From Squalus acanthias (lineage: Eukaryota): a DNA stretch of 43,621 bases. The stretch spans positions 434,001-477,621 of the forward strand of contig JASTWF010000361.1 of the NCBI GenBank assembly GCA_030390025.1, in the 5' to 3' direction. The position numbers and the translations under genes are program-made. Below the pieces are notes generated by a model, which searched no databases, was not told the origin of the DNA, and saw nothing but the letters and a program-made list of their open reading frames with translations. Shown piece after piece: positions 22,638 to 34,441 of the stretch; the first letter of the stretch is position 1, and each line of letters starts with the position of its first letter.

Positions 22638-25156
22638 TTTTTTTAAAATTCATTTCTGGGATGTGGACGTCGCTGGCAAGGCCAGCATTTATTGCCCATC
22701 CCTAGTTGCCCTTGAGAAGGTGGTGGTGAGCTGCCTCCTTGAACCGCTGCAGTCCGTGTGGTGATGGTGCTCCCACAGTGCTGTTAGGGAGGGAGTTCCA
22801 GGATTTTGACCCAGCGACGATGAAAGATCGGCGATATATTTCCAAGTCAGGATGGTGTGTGACTTGGAGGGGAACTTGGAGGTGGTGGTGTTCCCATGTC
22901 CTTCTAGGTGGAAGAGGTCGCGGGTTTGGGAGGTGCTGCCGAAGAAGCCTTGGCGAGTTGCTGCAGTGCATCTTGTAGACGGTACACACTGCAGCCACGG
23001 TACGCCAGTGGTGGAGGGAGTGAATGTTTAAGGTGGTGGATGGGGTGCCAATCAAGCGGGCTGCTTTGTCCTGGATGGTGTCGAGCTTCTTGAATGTTGT
23101 TGGAGCTGCACTCATCCAAGCAAGTGGAGAGTATTCCATCACACTCCTTACTTGTGCCTTGTAGATAGTGGAAAGGCTTTGGGGTGTCAGGAGGTGAGAC
23201 ACTCGCCGCAGAATACCTAGGGGTAAAAATTGAGTCGCGCCCCATTTGGGGCGCTAACCTCGCCGGGGCGCGACTTTTAGCGCCCCGAAAAAATTAGCGG
23301 CCCCGCGCCGGAACTTCAGTGGTTGCGCCCCAAGAGGGAAGCGGGGCGCCACTGGAAGCACCCCGCATCCCTCTTGGGGCGCTGCGAGGGAATATCCTGG
23401 CGCTACGTGCCGCAGCGCCAGGCGCTGCAGCACGTCGCGCCGCGGTATTGCAGGCCTTCCTCCCCTTCTTAAAGGGGAGGGACCCTGCGCAGCGCGAACC
23501 GGGGCCCAGCTGGGCCCCCAGGGATCGGGAGTGCCGGCAAAAGAGCCCGGCACTCAAGAGAAGTGCCGGGCTCTTGGAGCGCAGCCGGCACTTCACGGTG
23601 GGAGGGCTTCACGGGGGCCGGGGACAGCAACGGGGGCAGGTGCTGGCAGGCGGCCAGCAACAAAAATGGCCGCCTGCCACCTCCCCTTTAAATATCGCCG
23701 CCCCGGCCGCACGTACGCCTCCCTGAACCCGTCGGACATAGCGTCTGGCGGTAAATCAGGGGGCGCGACTGAAGATCGCGGCTGGAGCGCGAGCGGGGTG
23801 CTGCGCACGGCGATGACATCATCGCCGGCGGCGCAGCGCCACAGGGCGCTACCGGCTGGCGCCGCCGCTAACCTCCCGCTGAATTTTACGGGAGGCGTGG
23901 GCGGCGCTGCGCCCGGGCGTTAGCTGCTTTACGTCCCATTAGCGCCCTCTTAAGGCGCTAACGGGAGGCGCAAGCAGCTGAATTTTTCCCCCCTAGCCTC
24001 TGACCTGCTCTTGTTGCCACAGTATTTATGTGGCTGGTCCAGTTAAGTTTCTGGTCAATGGTGACCCCAGGATATTGATGGTGAGGGGATTCGGCGATGG
24101 TATTGCCGTTGAATGTCATGGGGAGGTGGTTAAACTCTCACATGTTGGAGATAGTCATTGCCTGGCGAATGTTACCTGCCACTTATCAGCCCAAGCCTGA
24201 ACGTCGTCCAGGTCTTGTTGCATGCGGGCATGGACTGCTTCATTATCTGAGGAGTTGTGAATGGTGCTGAACACTGTGCAGTCATCAGCGAACATCCCCA
24301 TTTCTGACCTTATGTTGGAGGGAAGGTCATTGATGAAGCAGCTGAAGATGGTTGGGCCTAGGACACTGCCCTGAGGAACTCCTGCCGCGATGTCCTGGGG
24401 CTGTGATGATTGACCTTCAACCACCACAACCATCTTCCTTTGTGCTAGGTATGACTCCAGCCAGTGGAGCGTTTTCCCCCCCGATTCCCATTGACTTCAG
24501 TTTTACAAGGGCTCCTTGATGCCACACTCGGTCAAATGCTGCCTTGATGTCGAGGGCAGTCACTCTCACCTCACCTCTGGAATTCAGCTCCTTTGTCCAT
24601 GTTTGGACCAAGATTGTAATGAGGTCGGGAGCCGAGTGGTCTTGGCGGAACCCAAACTGGGCATCTGTGAGCAGGTTATTGGTGAGTAAGTGACGCTTGG
24701 TAGCACTGTCGATGACCCCTTCCATCACTTTGCTGATGATTGAGTAGACTGATGGGGCGGTAATTGGCCAGGTTGGATTTGTCCTGCTTTTTGTGGACAG
24801 GACATACCTGGGCAGTTTTCCACATTGTCGGATAGATGCCAGTGTTGTAGCTGTACTGGAACAGCTTGGCTAGCGGCGCGGCTAGTTCTGGAGCACAAGT
24901 CTTCAGCATGATAGCTGGGATGTTGTCGGGGCTCTTAGCCTTTGCTGTATCCAGTGTGCTCAGCTGTTTCTTGATATCACGTGGAGTGAATCGAATTGGC
25001 TGAAGACTGGCTTCTGTGATGGTGGGGACCTCAGGAGGAGGCCGATATGGATCATCCACTCAGCACTTCTGGCAAACGCTTCAGCCTTGTCTTTTGCACT
25101 CACGTGCTGGGCTCCACCATCATTGAGGATGGGGATATTCATGGAGCCTCCTCCTC
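22638..25156 (-). mobile_element. 5'-truncated non-LTR retrotransposon (CR1/L2-group RT), frameshifted
   Basis: NYRPISLL, QFGFR, LDIKAAFDRVWH, GVPQGSVLGP, FADD; A-rich tail; TSD CAGAATT at 22631-22637 and 25157-25163. Confidence 0.88.
23220..23992. mobile_element. GC-rich non-autonomous DNA transposon (PIF/Harbinger-type MITE)
   Basis: TIR GGGGTAAAAATT / AATTTTTCCCCC (11/12) and 3-bp TSD CTA. Removing the element restores the host LINE sequence. Confidence 0.75.
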
Positions 25157-25360
25157 CAGAATTGGACACAATACTCCAGCTGAGGCCTAACCAGTGTTTT
25201 ATAAAGATTTAGCATAACCTCCTTTCCTTTCTACTCTATTCCTCTATTAATAAAGCGAAGGATCCTGTGTGCTTTTTTAACAGCCTTCTCAACTTGTCCT
25301 GCCACCTTTAAAGATTTGTGTATATAAACCCCCTTTAAAATTGTACCATTTAGTTCATAC

Positions 25361-25662
25361 TGTGTCAACAAGGGACTCAGTGGGTAGCACCCTCGCCTCT
25401 GAGTCAGAAGGTTGTGGGTTCAAGTCCCACTCCAGAGACTCGAGCACAAAAATCTAGGCTGACACTCCAGTGGAGTACTGAGGGAGTGCTGCACTGTCGG
25501 AGGTGCCATCTTTCGAATAAGACGTTAAACCGAGGCCCTGTCTGCTCTCTCAGGTGGACGTAAAAGATCCCATGGCACTATTTCAAAGAGGAGCAGGGGA
25601 CTTCTCCCCGGTGCCTGGCTTTATTTATCCCTTAATCATCATCACTCAAGCAGATTATCTGG
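25361..25662 (+). mobile_element. tRNA-derived SINE with Deu-domain (DeuSINE, SacSINE1-like), 3' truncated
   Basis: A-box-like GGACTCAGTGG and B-box GGTTCAAGTCC (25417-25427). The core GGAGGTGCCATCTTTCG...AAAGATCCCATGGCACT resembles the AmnSINE1/DeuSINE domain. Confidence 0.75.
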
Positions 25663-25861
25663 TTTCTCTTCCTGCTCCCGCACCGTTACCTCTGGTGTCC
25701 CCCATGGATCTATCCTTGGCCCCCTCCTATTTCTCATCTACATGCTGCCCCTCGGTGACATCATCACAAAACATGTCAATTTCCACATGTATGCTGATGA
25801 CCCCCAGCTTTACCATTCTAGTAAATCTGCACCCTCTCCAAGGCCTTGACATCCTCACCAC

Positions 25862-25999
25862 CAACGTTCCCGCTAAGCTGCGTGGCCATGAAGCGATCTG
25901 GAGTCCTGTGCAGAGCCGCTCACTAGCTTTTACATGGAAGAAACCGTGCATGCCAGTTAAGGGGACCATGCACGAAAAAAAAAGTTAGAGGGAACATTG
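25862..25999. mobile_element. hAT-type MITE (138 bp)
   Basis: TIR CAACGTTCCCGCTAA / TTAGAGGGAACATTG. The 8-bp TSD copies CTCACCAC and CTTGCCAC both derive from CTCGCCAC by CpG decay. Confidence 0.7.
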
Positions 26000-26164
26000 C
26001 TTGCCACCACCTCTGTCGAGCCCTCCACTTGTAAGGTTTCCAAAATTTACAGATCCCCAAAACCTAAGGAAAAAGGACTTTGGAACTACCTCAGAGTGAT
26101 AAAAATGCATTTGGGCCTAACATAAGGAATTTATGACCAAAAACCAAGTTTTGGTATTTTAAAA

Positions 26165-28818
26165 CTATATGGGTGGAGCTAAGAAATAGCGAGGGGCGAA
26201 AAACATTAATAGGAGTGGTATATAGGCCTCCAAATAGTAAAATAGAGGTTGGGGAGGGCATCACGAGGGAAATTAGAGAAGCGTGCAATAAGAGCACAGC
26301 TGTCATCATAGGTGACTTTAACTTACATATAGATTGGACTAGCCTAATCAGTAAAAATAATGAGGAGGAGGAATTCCTTGAGTGTTTAAGGGATGGTTAT
26401 CTGGATCAATATGTCGAGGAACCAACTCGGGAACAGGCTATATTGGACTGGGTACTGTGCAATGAGAAGGGACTAATTAGTAATCTTGTTGTACGGGGAC
26501 CCTTGGGTCAGAGCGATCATAACATGATCGATTTCTCACTCGAAATGGAGAGCGAAGAAATTGACTCAGAGACTCAGGTCCTGAATTTAAACAAGGGGAA
26601 TTATGATGCCATTAGACGGGAACTGAGTAGGTCTGATTGGACAACGTTCCTGGGAGGACTGGAGGTAGATAAACAATGGCAAGCATTTAAAGATAGAATG
26701 ACAAAATTGCAAAAATTGTTTATACCAATCTGGCATAAAAGGAAATCTAAAAAGGTGACTCAACCGTGGATAACAGGGGAAATTAGAGACAGCATAAAAT
26801 CCAAAGATAGGGCGTATAAAATAGCCAAAAAACGCGCCAGAGCGGAAGATTGGGAACAGTTTAAGATAGAGCAAAGGAGGGCAAAGGGCTTAATCAAGAA
26901 GGGCAAAATAGCTTACGAAAGCAAGCTGGCGGAAAATATAAAAACTAACTCCAAAAGCTTTTATAAGTATATCAAGAGGAAAAGACTGGTGAAAACCAAA
27001 GTTGGTCCATTGCAGTCAGATACGGGGGAATATATAATGGGAAATAAGGAAATGGCAGACCAACTAAATGCATACTTTGGGTCAGTCTTTACGAAGGAAG
27101 ACACAAAAAACCTCCCTGGGATATCGGGAAAAATAGGGACATTGGCAAAGGAGGAACTGACGCAAATCAATATCTCTAAGGATATGGTGTTAAGGAAGCT
27201 AAAGGGATTGAAGGCGGACAAATCCCCAGGGCCTGATAACATGCATCCTAGGGTACTGAAGGAGGTGGCCCTAGAGATAGCGGATGCACTAAGCATGATT
27301 TTTCAGAATTCATTAGACTCGGGAACAGTGCCCATGGATTGGAGGGTAGCTAACGTTACCCCACTATTCAAAAAGGGGGGTAGGGAAAAAGCAGGTAATT
27401 ACAGACCTGTAAGCCTTACATCAGTTGTGGGCAAAATGCTGGAGTCCATCATTAAGGATGAAATAGCCGAGCACTTAGCAAATGGGGACAGGATAGGACA
27501 GAGTCAACATGGATTTACAAAGGGTAAATCGTGCTTGACTAATCTATTGGAATTTTTTGAGGGAGTAACTGGTAAAATAGATGGGGGAGAGCCAGTAGAT
27601 GTGGTGTACCTGGACTTCCAAAAGGCCTTCGATAAGGTCCCACATAAAAGATTAGCATGGAAAATTGAAGCTCATGGGATAAAGGGGAAAGTATTGACGT
27701 GGATAGAGAACTGGCTGTCAGATAGAAAACAGAGAGTTGGAATAAACGGCTCATTTTCTGAATGGCAGGCAGTAACAAGTGGGGTACCACAGGGATCTGT
27801 CCTGGGTCCCCAGCTGTTCACAATTTATATTAATGACCTGGATCAGGGAGTCGAATGCAGCATTTCCAAATTTGCAGACGACACTAAACTAGGAGGGGGG
27901 GTGGGCTCAGAGGAGGAGACCAGGAAGCTCCAGAGCGATTTGGACAGACTGGGTGATTGGGCGGATAAATGGCAGATGCACTATAATGTGGACAAGTGCG
28001 AAGTTATCCACCTTGGGTGCAGGAACGGGAGGGCAAATTATTATTTAAATGGCAATAAATTGGGAGAGGGGGAAGTACAGAGAGACCTGGGTGTTCTTGT
28101 ACACCAGTCACTGAAGGCGAGCATGCAGGTGCAACAGGCGGTCAAGAAGGCAAACGGTATGCTGGCCTTCATAGCAAAAGGGTTGGAATACAGGAACAGG
28201 GATACCTTGCTGCAGCTGTACAGGGCACTGGTGAGACCACACCTCGAGTACTGTGTACAGTTTTGGTCGCCTCATCTGAGGAAAGATGTTCTTGCCATGG
28301 AGGGGGTGCAGCGGCGATTCACCAGGCTGATACCAGGAATGGCGGGATTGACCTATGAGGAGAGACTATGTAGTTTAGGGATGTACACACTGGAGTTTAG
28401 AAGATTGAGAGGGGACCTCATAGAAGTGTATAAAATTCTGACAGGTCTAGACAGATTAGATGCAGAAGGAATGTTTCCCTTGGCGGGTGAGAACAGAACT
28501 AGAGGACATAATTTAAGGATAAGGGCTAAACCATTTAGGACAGAAATGAGGGGGAATTTCTTCACTCAGAGAGTGGTGAACCTGTGGAACTCATTGCCAC
28601 AGAGGGCAGTGTACGCCAGCTCATTAAATATATTTAAGAGGGAATTAGATATATTTCTACAGGCAAAAGGGGTTAAGGGTTACGGAGAGAAGGCGGGGAC
28701 GGGATACTGAATTGAAGGATCAGCCATGATCTCATTAAATGGCGGAGCAGGCTCGAAGGGCCGGATGGCCTACTCCTGCTCCTATCTTCTATGTATCTAT
28801 GTATCTATGTATCTATGT
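26165..28818 (+). mobile_element. Young CR1 LINE copy 1, 5'-truncated
   Basis: Open ORF2 and an (ATCTATGT)n 3' tail. Confidence 0.96.
26173..28710 (+). CDS. CR1 ORF2 (partial APE endonuclease + RT), uninterrupted but N-truncated
   Basis: YRPP, GDFN, SDH, NYRPVSLTS, YLDFQKAFDKVPH, GVPQGSVLGP, FADD. Confidence 0.9.
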   Translation: MELRNSEGRKTLIGVVYRPPNSKIEVGEGITREIREACNKSTAVIIGDFNLHIDWTSLISKNNEEEEFLECLRDGYLDQYVEEPTREQAILDWVLCNEKGLISNLVVRGPLGQSDHNMIDFSLEMESEEIDSETQVLNLNKGNYDAIRRELSRSDWTTFLGGLEVDKQWQAFKDRMTKLQKLFIPIWHKRKSKKVTQPWITGEIRDSIKSKDRAYKIAKKRARAEDWEQFKIEQRRAKGLIKKGKIAYESKLAENIKTNSKSFYKYIKRKRLVKTKVGPLQSDTGEYIMGNKEMADQLNAYFGSVFTKEDTKNLPGISGKIGTLAKEELTQINISKDMVLRKLKGLKADKSPGPDNMHPRVLKEVALEIADALSMIFQNSLDSGTVPMDWRVANVTPLFKKGGREKAGNYRPVSLTSVVGKMLESIIKDEIAEHLANGDRIGQSQHGFTKGKSCLTNLLEFFEGVTGKIDGGEPVDVVYLDFQKAFDKVPHKRLAWKIEAHGIKGKVLTWIENWLSDRKQRVGINGSFSEWQAVTSGVPQGSVLGPQLFTIYINDLDQGVECSISKFADDTKLGGGVGSEEETRKLQSDLDRLGDWADKWQMHYNVDKCEVIHLGCRNGRANYYLNGNKLGEGEVQRDLGVLVHQSLKASMQVQQAVKKANGMLAFIAKGLEYRNRDTLLQLYRALVRPHLEYCVQFWSPHLRKDVLAMEGVQRRFTRLIPGMAGLTYEERLCSLGMYTLEFRRLRGDLIEVYKILTGLDRLDAEGMFPLAGENRTRGHNLRIRAKPFRTEMRGNFFTQRVVNLWNSLPQRAVYASSLNIFKRELDIFLQAKGVKGYGEKAGTGY

Positions 28819-30096
28819 CTGGGCCTGTAAAGGGAGAAAAGGCTGTGAAGGAAGTTGGTGCGACCTCTGTAAAAGCAGTTTGGGTATTCCAGTTAATTGC
28901 AATGTCTGGGGAACCGGGATGATCTCACTCAAAGCCCCAGCACGCATTAACATTTTGACAATAGACCCTAGGAGAAGACAGCCCCACCCAAAAACAATAG
29001 GTCCCATCAAACCGATTGCAGGGCCCATCAAGAAACAGGCATAATGCAGAGCACCCAGGACTAGGCTATAGATCAGCCTAAGAACCCAAAACACAAAACC
29101 CATCACCAGCAATCAGCCAAGAAGATCGACAGGATGCAAACCATCCCAAAACCCATTTGACACGTACAGAGCAGTTACTGGTAGCAGGCCCGCCAAATTC
29201 AGACAATGGACTGAACAGATTTGGTGGGTAGATAAGGCCATATTCAATGGGTCAGATTGAAGGCCTGTTAAAAACCAGTTAACGTGCTAGTAAATCGTTA
29301 CCGATTTACGAGCCCGCCAAAACTAGACAATGAACTGAACAGATTTGGCGGGTAGATAAAGCCACTTCAATTCTGTATAATTGAAGGCCCACCAAGCACA
29401 CACCAAGAAAAGAAGGAAGGAGAGCCAGCGAGAAGAGGAGAGGCCAAGAAGAAGAAGGCCTGAGCTGGAAGCGAGTTGGCATCGCTCACCACTCAGACAC
29501 ACCCGAGTCCAGCTCGTGAAGACACCACCTCGACGGATCTCCAACAACGGCCCCAACACAGCCACCTGGAGCAACAAGCAGCAACCAGTCACCGACGGCT
29601 CCACGAGGTCGACCGACACACCAACCAAGGCCTAAAGCCATCGCGGAAACCAAAGGCCTCACTAAACCAACAACCGCGCATTACCCCCAACTGACCGGGT
29701 AATCGCAGGCCACCGCGACCAACAAAGACCAACTCCAGGGAAGAAAACCCGAAGAATCGCAAAGTTTCCACACTACAAACTACTCCTGACTTACCCCTGG
29801 GTAAGATTTTCCCCAAAGACTCTAAGCCCTACTACTGAACTAAAGAAATTGGGTACTCACCAGATAAATCCATAACGACATCCTACCGCATCAGCAGACA
29901 CGCGAAGACTGACCAGAGACCCAGGTGAAGTCCTCTACCGTGTACGGAGTACAGCAGACACTAACCGCCATAAACAGGGAACCCCAAAACCGCGATTTAG
30001 CCCAACTGTCAAAGGATTGGTGAGCATTATCCCTGGTCCTTCAAAACCTAACTTAGCTGGTAAAGTGGGGTTGGGAGGGGTGAAGAATTGTTCTAC

Positions 30097-33000
30097 AGTG
30101 GCGGATCGCCACCTAAACGGGCATTATCCACTTTTCCATCCATGGACAAAATATCGGGCACCTTGCCTTTAAGGCACCTTGCCTTTAAGGCAGGAGAAAA
30201 GGAGTGGGCGGGGCCTCAGGACGTTTCCCAGAGAATTCTGGGAGCAGTTGGTTTCAACCATTTTGGACCATGCAGTTGTATTAAAAAGCCTTTGTTTTCC
30301 ACACATGGATTCAGTCTTAATTCGTGTTTCGCGGCAGCCTCAACATTGGTGACCCCGACGCTCAGAACGTATTCCGAGCACTGCAATGGCGGACACGAAC
30401 GCAGTTTCCGTGAAACTGCCGGAGTTTTGGGAAAACCAGCCCGAAGCCTGGTTTCTCCAAGCTGAATCCCGCTTCCGGCTGCGAAACATCACCACAGATG
30501 GGACGCAGTACGACTACCTCATCACATCACTCGGTAGCGCCATAGTTTCGAAGGTTTGGACAGCGCTGCAGAACCCACCAGAGGAAGGCAAGTACGCACA
30601 TCTTAAGGCAGCGCTCCTTAAAAAATTTAAGGCCTCGGCATACCAGCGAAACTGCCACCTCCTCGACCTTCCAGGCCTCGGTGATGCCTCACCGTCAGAC
30701 CTCCTCTCCCACATGCTCTCCCTCACCGACGAGAGCCCACCCGGATCCCTCTTCTGCAAGCTGTTCATCCGCCAGCTCCCTCTCAGCATCCGCCCAGCGA
30801 TCGTGGCGTCCGGCCTCACGAACCTGGAAGCCCTGGCCGATGAGGCCGACAAGCTGCTGTCCGCTCACTCCAGCCGCGACGTCACTCCGGACCTGGCAGC
30901 CAATGCCTGGGCGCACCCCTCACCGACCACCACGCGGCCACAAGGGCCAGCCGCCAGGCCCACGGGGGCTTCGCGCCCCACTAACCCGGGCCACTGTTAC
31001 TACCACGCAAGGTTCAGCGCTAGGGCACAACGGTGCGCACCTCCCTGCTCTTTCAAGTCCGCCCCCGTACCAGCCCCCGCGATGGCCGTGGGCCACGCGG
31101 GCTCCCTGCTGTACGTCACGGATGACAAAACCGGCCGCCGGTTCCTGTGCGACACTGGAGCTCAGCACAGCATCATCCCGGCCTCCTCCCTCTACATCCA
31201 AAAGGGCGAACGAGGACCGGCGCTGGCTGCGGCTAACGGCTCGGAAATCCGGACGTACGGCACCCGGATAGTCACCCTCGACCTCGCTGGTCGCCGCTAC
31301 CGATGGGAGTTCATCACTGCCAAGGTGCTCTCCCCGCTCATCAGCGCAGATTTCCTGTGTGCCCACGGCCTACTGGTAGACATCCCTCGTCACCGCCTCG
31401 TGGACATGAACACCATGTCCCCCATCCTGGGCGCCATGGCCCCCCGTCAACCCGCCGACATGGCGTCACAGTGCCACGCCCGGGCCACGGATGACTACTC
31501 GGCCCTCCTGGCCGAATTCCCGGCCCTTACCAATCCGACCTTCTCCGCGGAGGCCGCCAAACACGGGGTGGAACATTTCATCCCCACCACAGGCCCCCCA
31601 GTGTACGCCCACGCCCGCAGGCTGGACCCGGCCAAACTGGAGATCGCGCGGACCGAGTTTGCCACCATGGAACAGCTCGGCATCATCCGCTGCTCCAACA
31701 GTCCCTGGGCCTCCCCACTCCACATCGCCCCCAAACCAGGCGGGGGTTGGCGCCCCTGCGGGGATTACCGCCGCCTCAACGACGCCACCACCCCTGATCG
31801 GTACCCCGTGCCGCACATTCAAGACTTCTCGGCTAGACTGGCCGGCCGCTCAGTCTTTTCCAAGGTCGACCTGGTGCGCGGCTACCACCAAGTCCCCGTC
31901 CACCCCGCGGACGTCCCCATGACGGCCGTAATCACCCCCTTCGGCCTGTTCGAGTTACTGCGGATGCACTTCGGCCTCAAAAACGCGGCCCAGGCATTCC
32001 AACGGCTCATGGACTCCGTCCTTCGCGACCTGAAGTTCCTGTTCGTCTACCTGGACGACATCCTGGTAGCCAGTTCCTCCAAGCAGGAACACCTCGAACA
32101 CCTTCGCATCCTGTTTGGGCGCCTCAGCGACCACGGGCTCATCCTCAGCCCAGCCAAATGCCAGTTCGGCCTGGACAAGATCGACTTCCTCGGCCACCAC
32201 ATCACCCATGCTGGGGCCATTCCCCTGCCCACCAAGGTGCAGGCCGTCCAACAATTTCCCCGCCCCACCACCATCAAAGGCCTCCAGGAGTTCCTCGGGA
32301 TGGTGAATTTCTATAACCGCTTCATCCCCAAAGCGGCGTCCCTCATGAGGCCACTGTAGGAAGCCCTCCGGGGCAGGAGCGGCAAGATGGCGGTCGAATG
32401 GACGGCAGACGCGTCCGCCGCCTTCGACTCCACCAAGACAGCGCTCGCCAACGTCACCCTGCTCGCGCATCCACGGCCCAATGCCAGGCTAGCGCTCACC
32501 ACGGACGCCTCCGACCACGCGGTCGGCGGCGTTTGTGAGCAGTGGGTCGACGGCGCCTGGCAACCACTTGCCTTCTTCAGCCACCAACTACGCCCCCCGG
32601 AGGTCAAGTACAGCACCTTCGACCGCGAACTCCTCGCGCTGTTCCTGGCGGTCCGCCATTTCCGGTTTTTACTTGAGGGTCACCCCTTCACTGCGTTTGT
32701 CGACCACAAGCCCCTGACATTCGCAATGGCAAAGACAACCGACCCCTGGTCCGCCAGGAAGCAGCACCAGCTCGCGGCAGTGTCCGAGTTCACCACGGAC
32801 ATCCAACACGTCTCCGGCCGAGACAATGTGGTAGCCGACTGCCTTTCCCGCCCTGCTATCCACGCCGCACACCTAGCAGTCGACTACGCTCAACTCGCAG
32901 CAGACCAGATCACCGACCCTGATCTGCTCTCCGCACCTACCAGGACTACGCCTGGCCGACGTCGCCTGTGGCCCGACCGCAGTCATGGTCAAGTGCGACA

Positions 33001-34441
33001 TATCCCTATGTCAACCTCGGCCCGTCGTCCCAGCGTCCTGGCGCCGCCGGGTATTCGACATTCTCCACAACCTCTCCCACCCCGGCGCCCGCGCATCCAT
33101 CAAATTGGTAGCCAACCGCTTTGTCTGGCGCGGCCTTCGCAAGGATGTGCGTACTTGGGCCAACTCCTGCCTAGCCTGCCAACGGGCCAAGGTACAGCAA
33201 CACACGAAAGCACCCCTCGAGGAGTTTACCGTCCCCTCGCGGAGATTCGACCACATCCACGTGGACATCGTCGGGCCCCTGCCGCCGTCACAAGGCCACA
33301 CGCACTTGCTGACGATCGTTGACCGCACCACGCGCTGGCCTGAGGCAATTCCACTGACCTCGACCACCACCACCGACATCGCCAGAGCCTTCGTCAGCAC
33401 CTGGATCGCACGGTTCGGCGTCCCCTCCGACATGACGTCGGACAGAGGTCCGCAATTTACCTCTGAACTCTGGACCGCCGTCGCACGCAATCTCGGGGTG
33501 ACCATTCACCGCACCACAGCGTACCACCCCCAAGCCAACGGACTGTGTGAGCGGTTCCACAGATCCTTGAAGGCATCTCTTCGAGCCAGCCTCCAGGACG
33601 GCGCCTGGACCGACCGACTTCCGTGGGTCCTCCTCGGCCTGCGCACCGCGGTTAAAGAAGACCTCCACGCATCGGCAGCAGAGCTCGTGTACGGTCAGCC
33701 GCTGCGCGTACCCGGCGAGTTCCTGCCCACCGCCACGACACCCTGGTCAGCCGACCAGCAACGCCAGGACTTCGCCTCACCGGCGCTGCAGTTCGCCCCA
33801 GTGCCCATTGCCCGACACGGCGAATCCACCTCACACGTCCCACTAAGCCTGCACCAGGCACGGTTCGTTTTCGTCCGGCACGACGCCCACCGCGGACCCC
33901 TTCAACCCCCGTACGACGGGCCCTACAAGGTGCTACAGGCTGGGGACAAATTTTTCACCCTGCAAGTGGGCGACAGGACTGAAAAAGTGTCAGTTGACCG
34001 ACTCAAGCCAGCACACTCGGAGCCCGGTGAGCAGGTCCCTGTAGCTTGTCCACCACCACGCGGCCGACCTGCCCTCAAGCCGGTTCACCCGGCTGCTCCA
34101 CGCCCGGCCGTTCCACGTCCACCGGCGTCCTACAAGAGCCGCTCCGACCGGCCCATCAGACCGCCGCACCGTCTCGTCCACACCTCCTAAGCGGATTCTG
34201 GGGGGAGCTATGTGGCGGATCGCCACCTAAACGGGCATTATCCACTTTTCCGTCCTGGACAAAATTTCGGGCACCTTGCCTTTAAGGCAGGAGAAAAGGA
34301 GTGGGCGGGGCCTCAGGATTTTTCCAGAGAATTCTGGGAGCAGTTGGTTTCAGCCATTTTGGACCATGCAGTTGTATTAAAAAGCCTTTGTTTTCCACAC
34401 ATGGATTCAGTCTTAATTCGTGTTTCGCGGCAGCCTCAACA
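30097..34441 (+). mobile_element. Ty3/Gypsy LTR retrotransposon copy B (CsRn1-like), full length
   Basis: LTRs at 30097-30345 (starts AG instead of TG, has a 16-bp internal duplication) and 34211-34441. TSD CTAC; tRNA-Trp PBS at 30347-30360; PPT at ~34200-34207. Confidence 0.96.
30386..34190 (+). pseudogene. Gypsy B gag-pol polyprotein, disrupted
   Basis: Same motifs as copy A. TAG at 32357-32359 and an 8-bp deletion frameshift near 32940. Confidence 0.93.

Larger units (their letters stand above)
22123..25360 (-). mobile_element. Older CR1 LINE 3' fragment, split into 22123-22637 and 25157-25360 by a LINE insertion
   Basis: CR1 ORF2 C-terminal peptides (LGLFSLDQRRLRGYLIEVFKI; WNALP) and a (TTCTATGA)n-type tail at ~22123. 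Confidence 0.85.

Noticed and set aside
23254..23923. CpG-island promoter or GC-rich genes
   Set aside because: The region is bounded by TIRs and a TSD inside a LINE, so it is a MITE.
25361..25435. Functional tRNA gene
   Set aside because: The tRNA-like head runs straight into the Deu-domain body, so it is a SINE.
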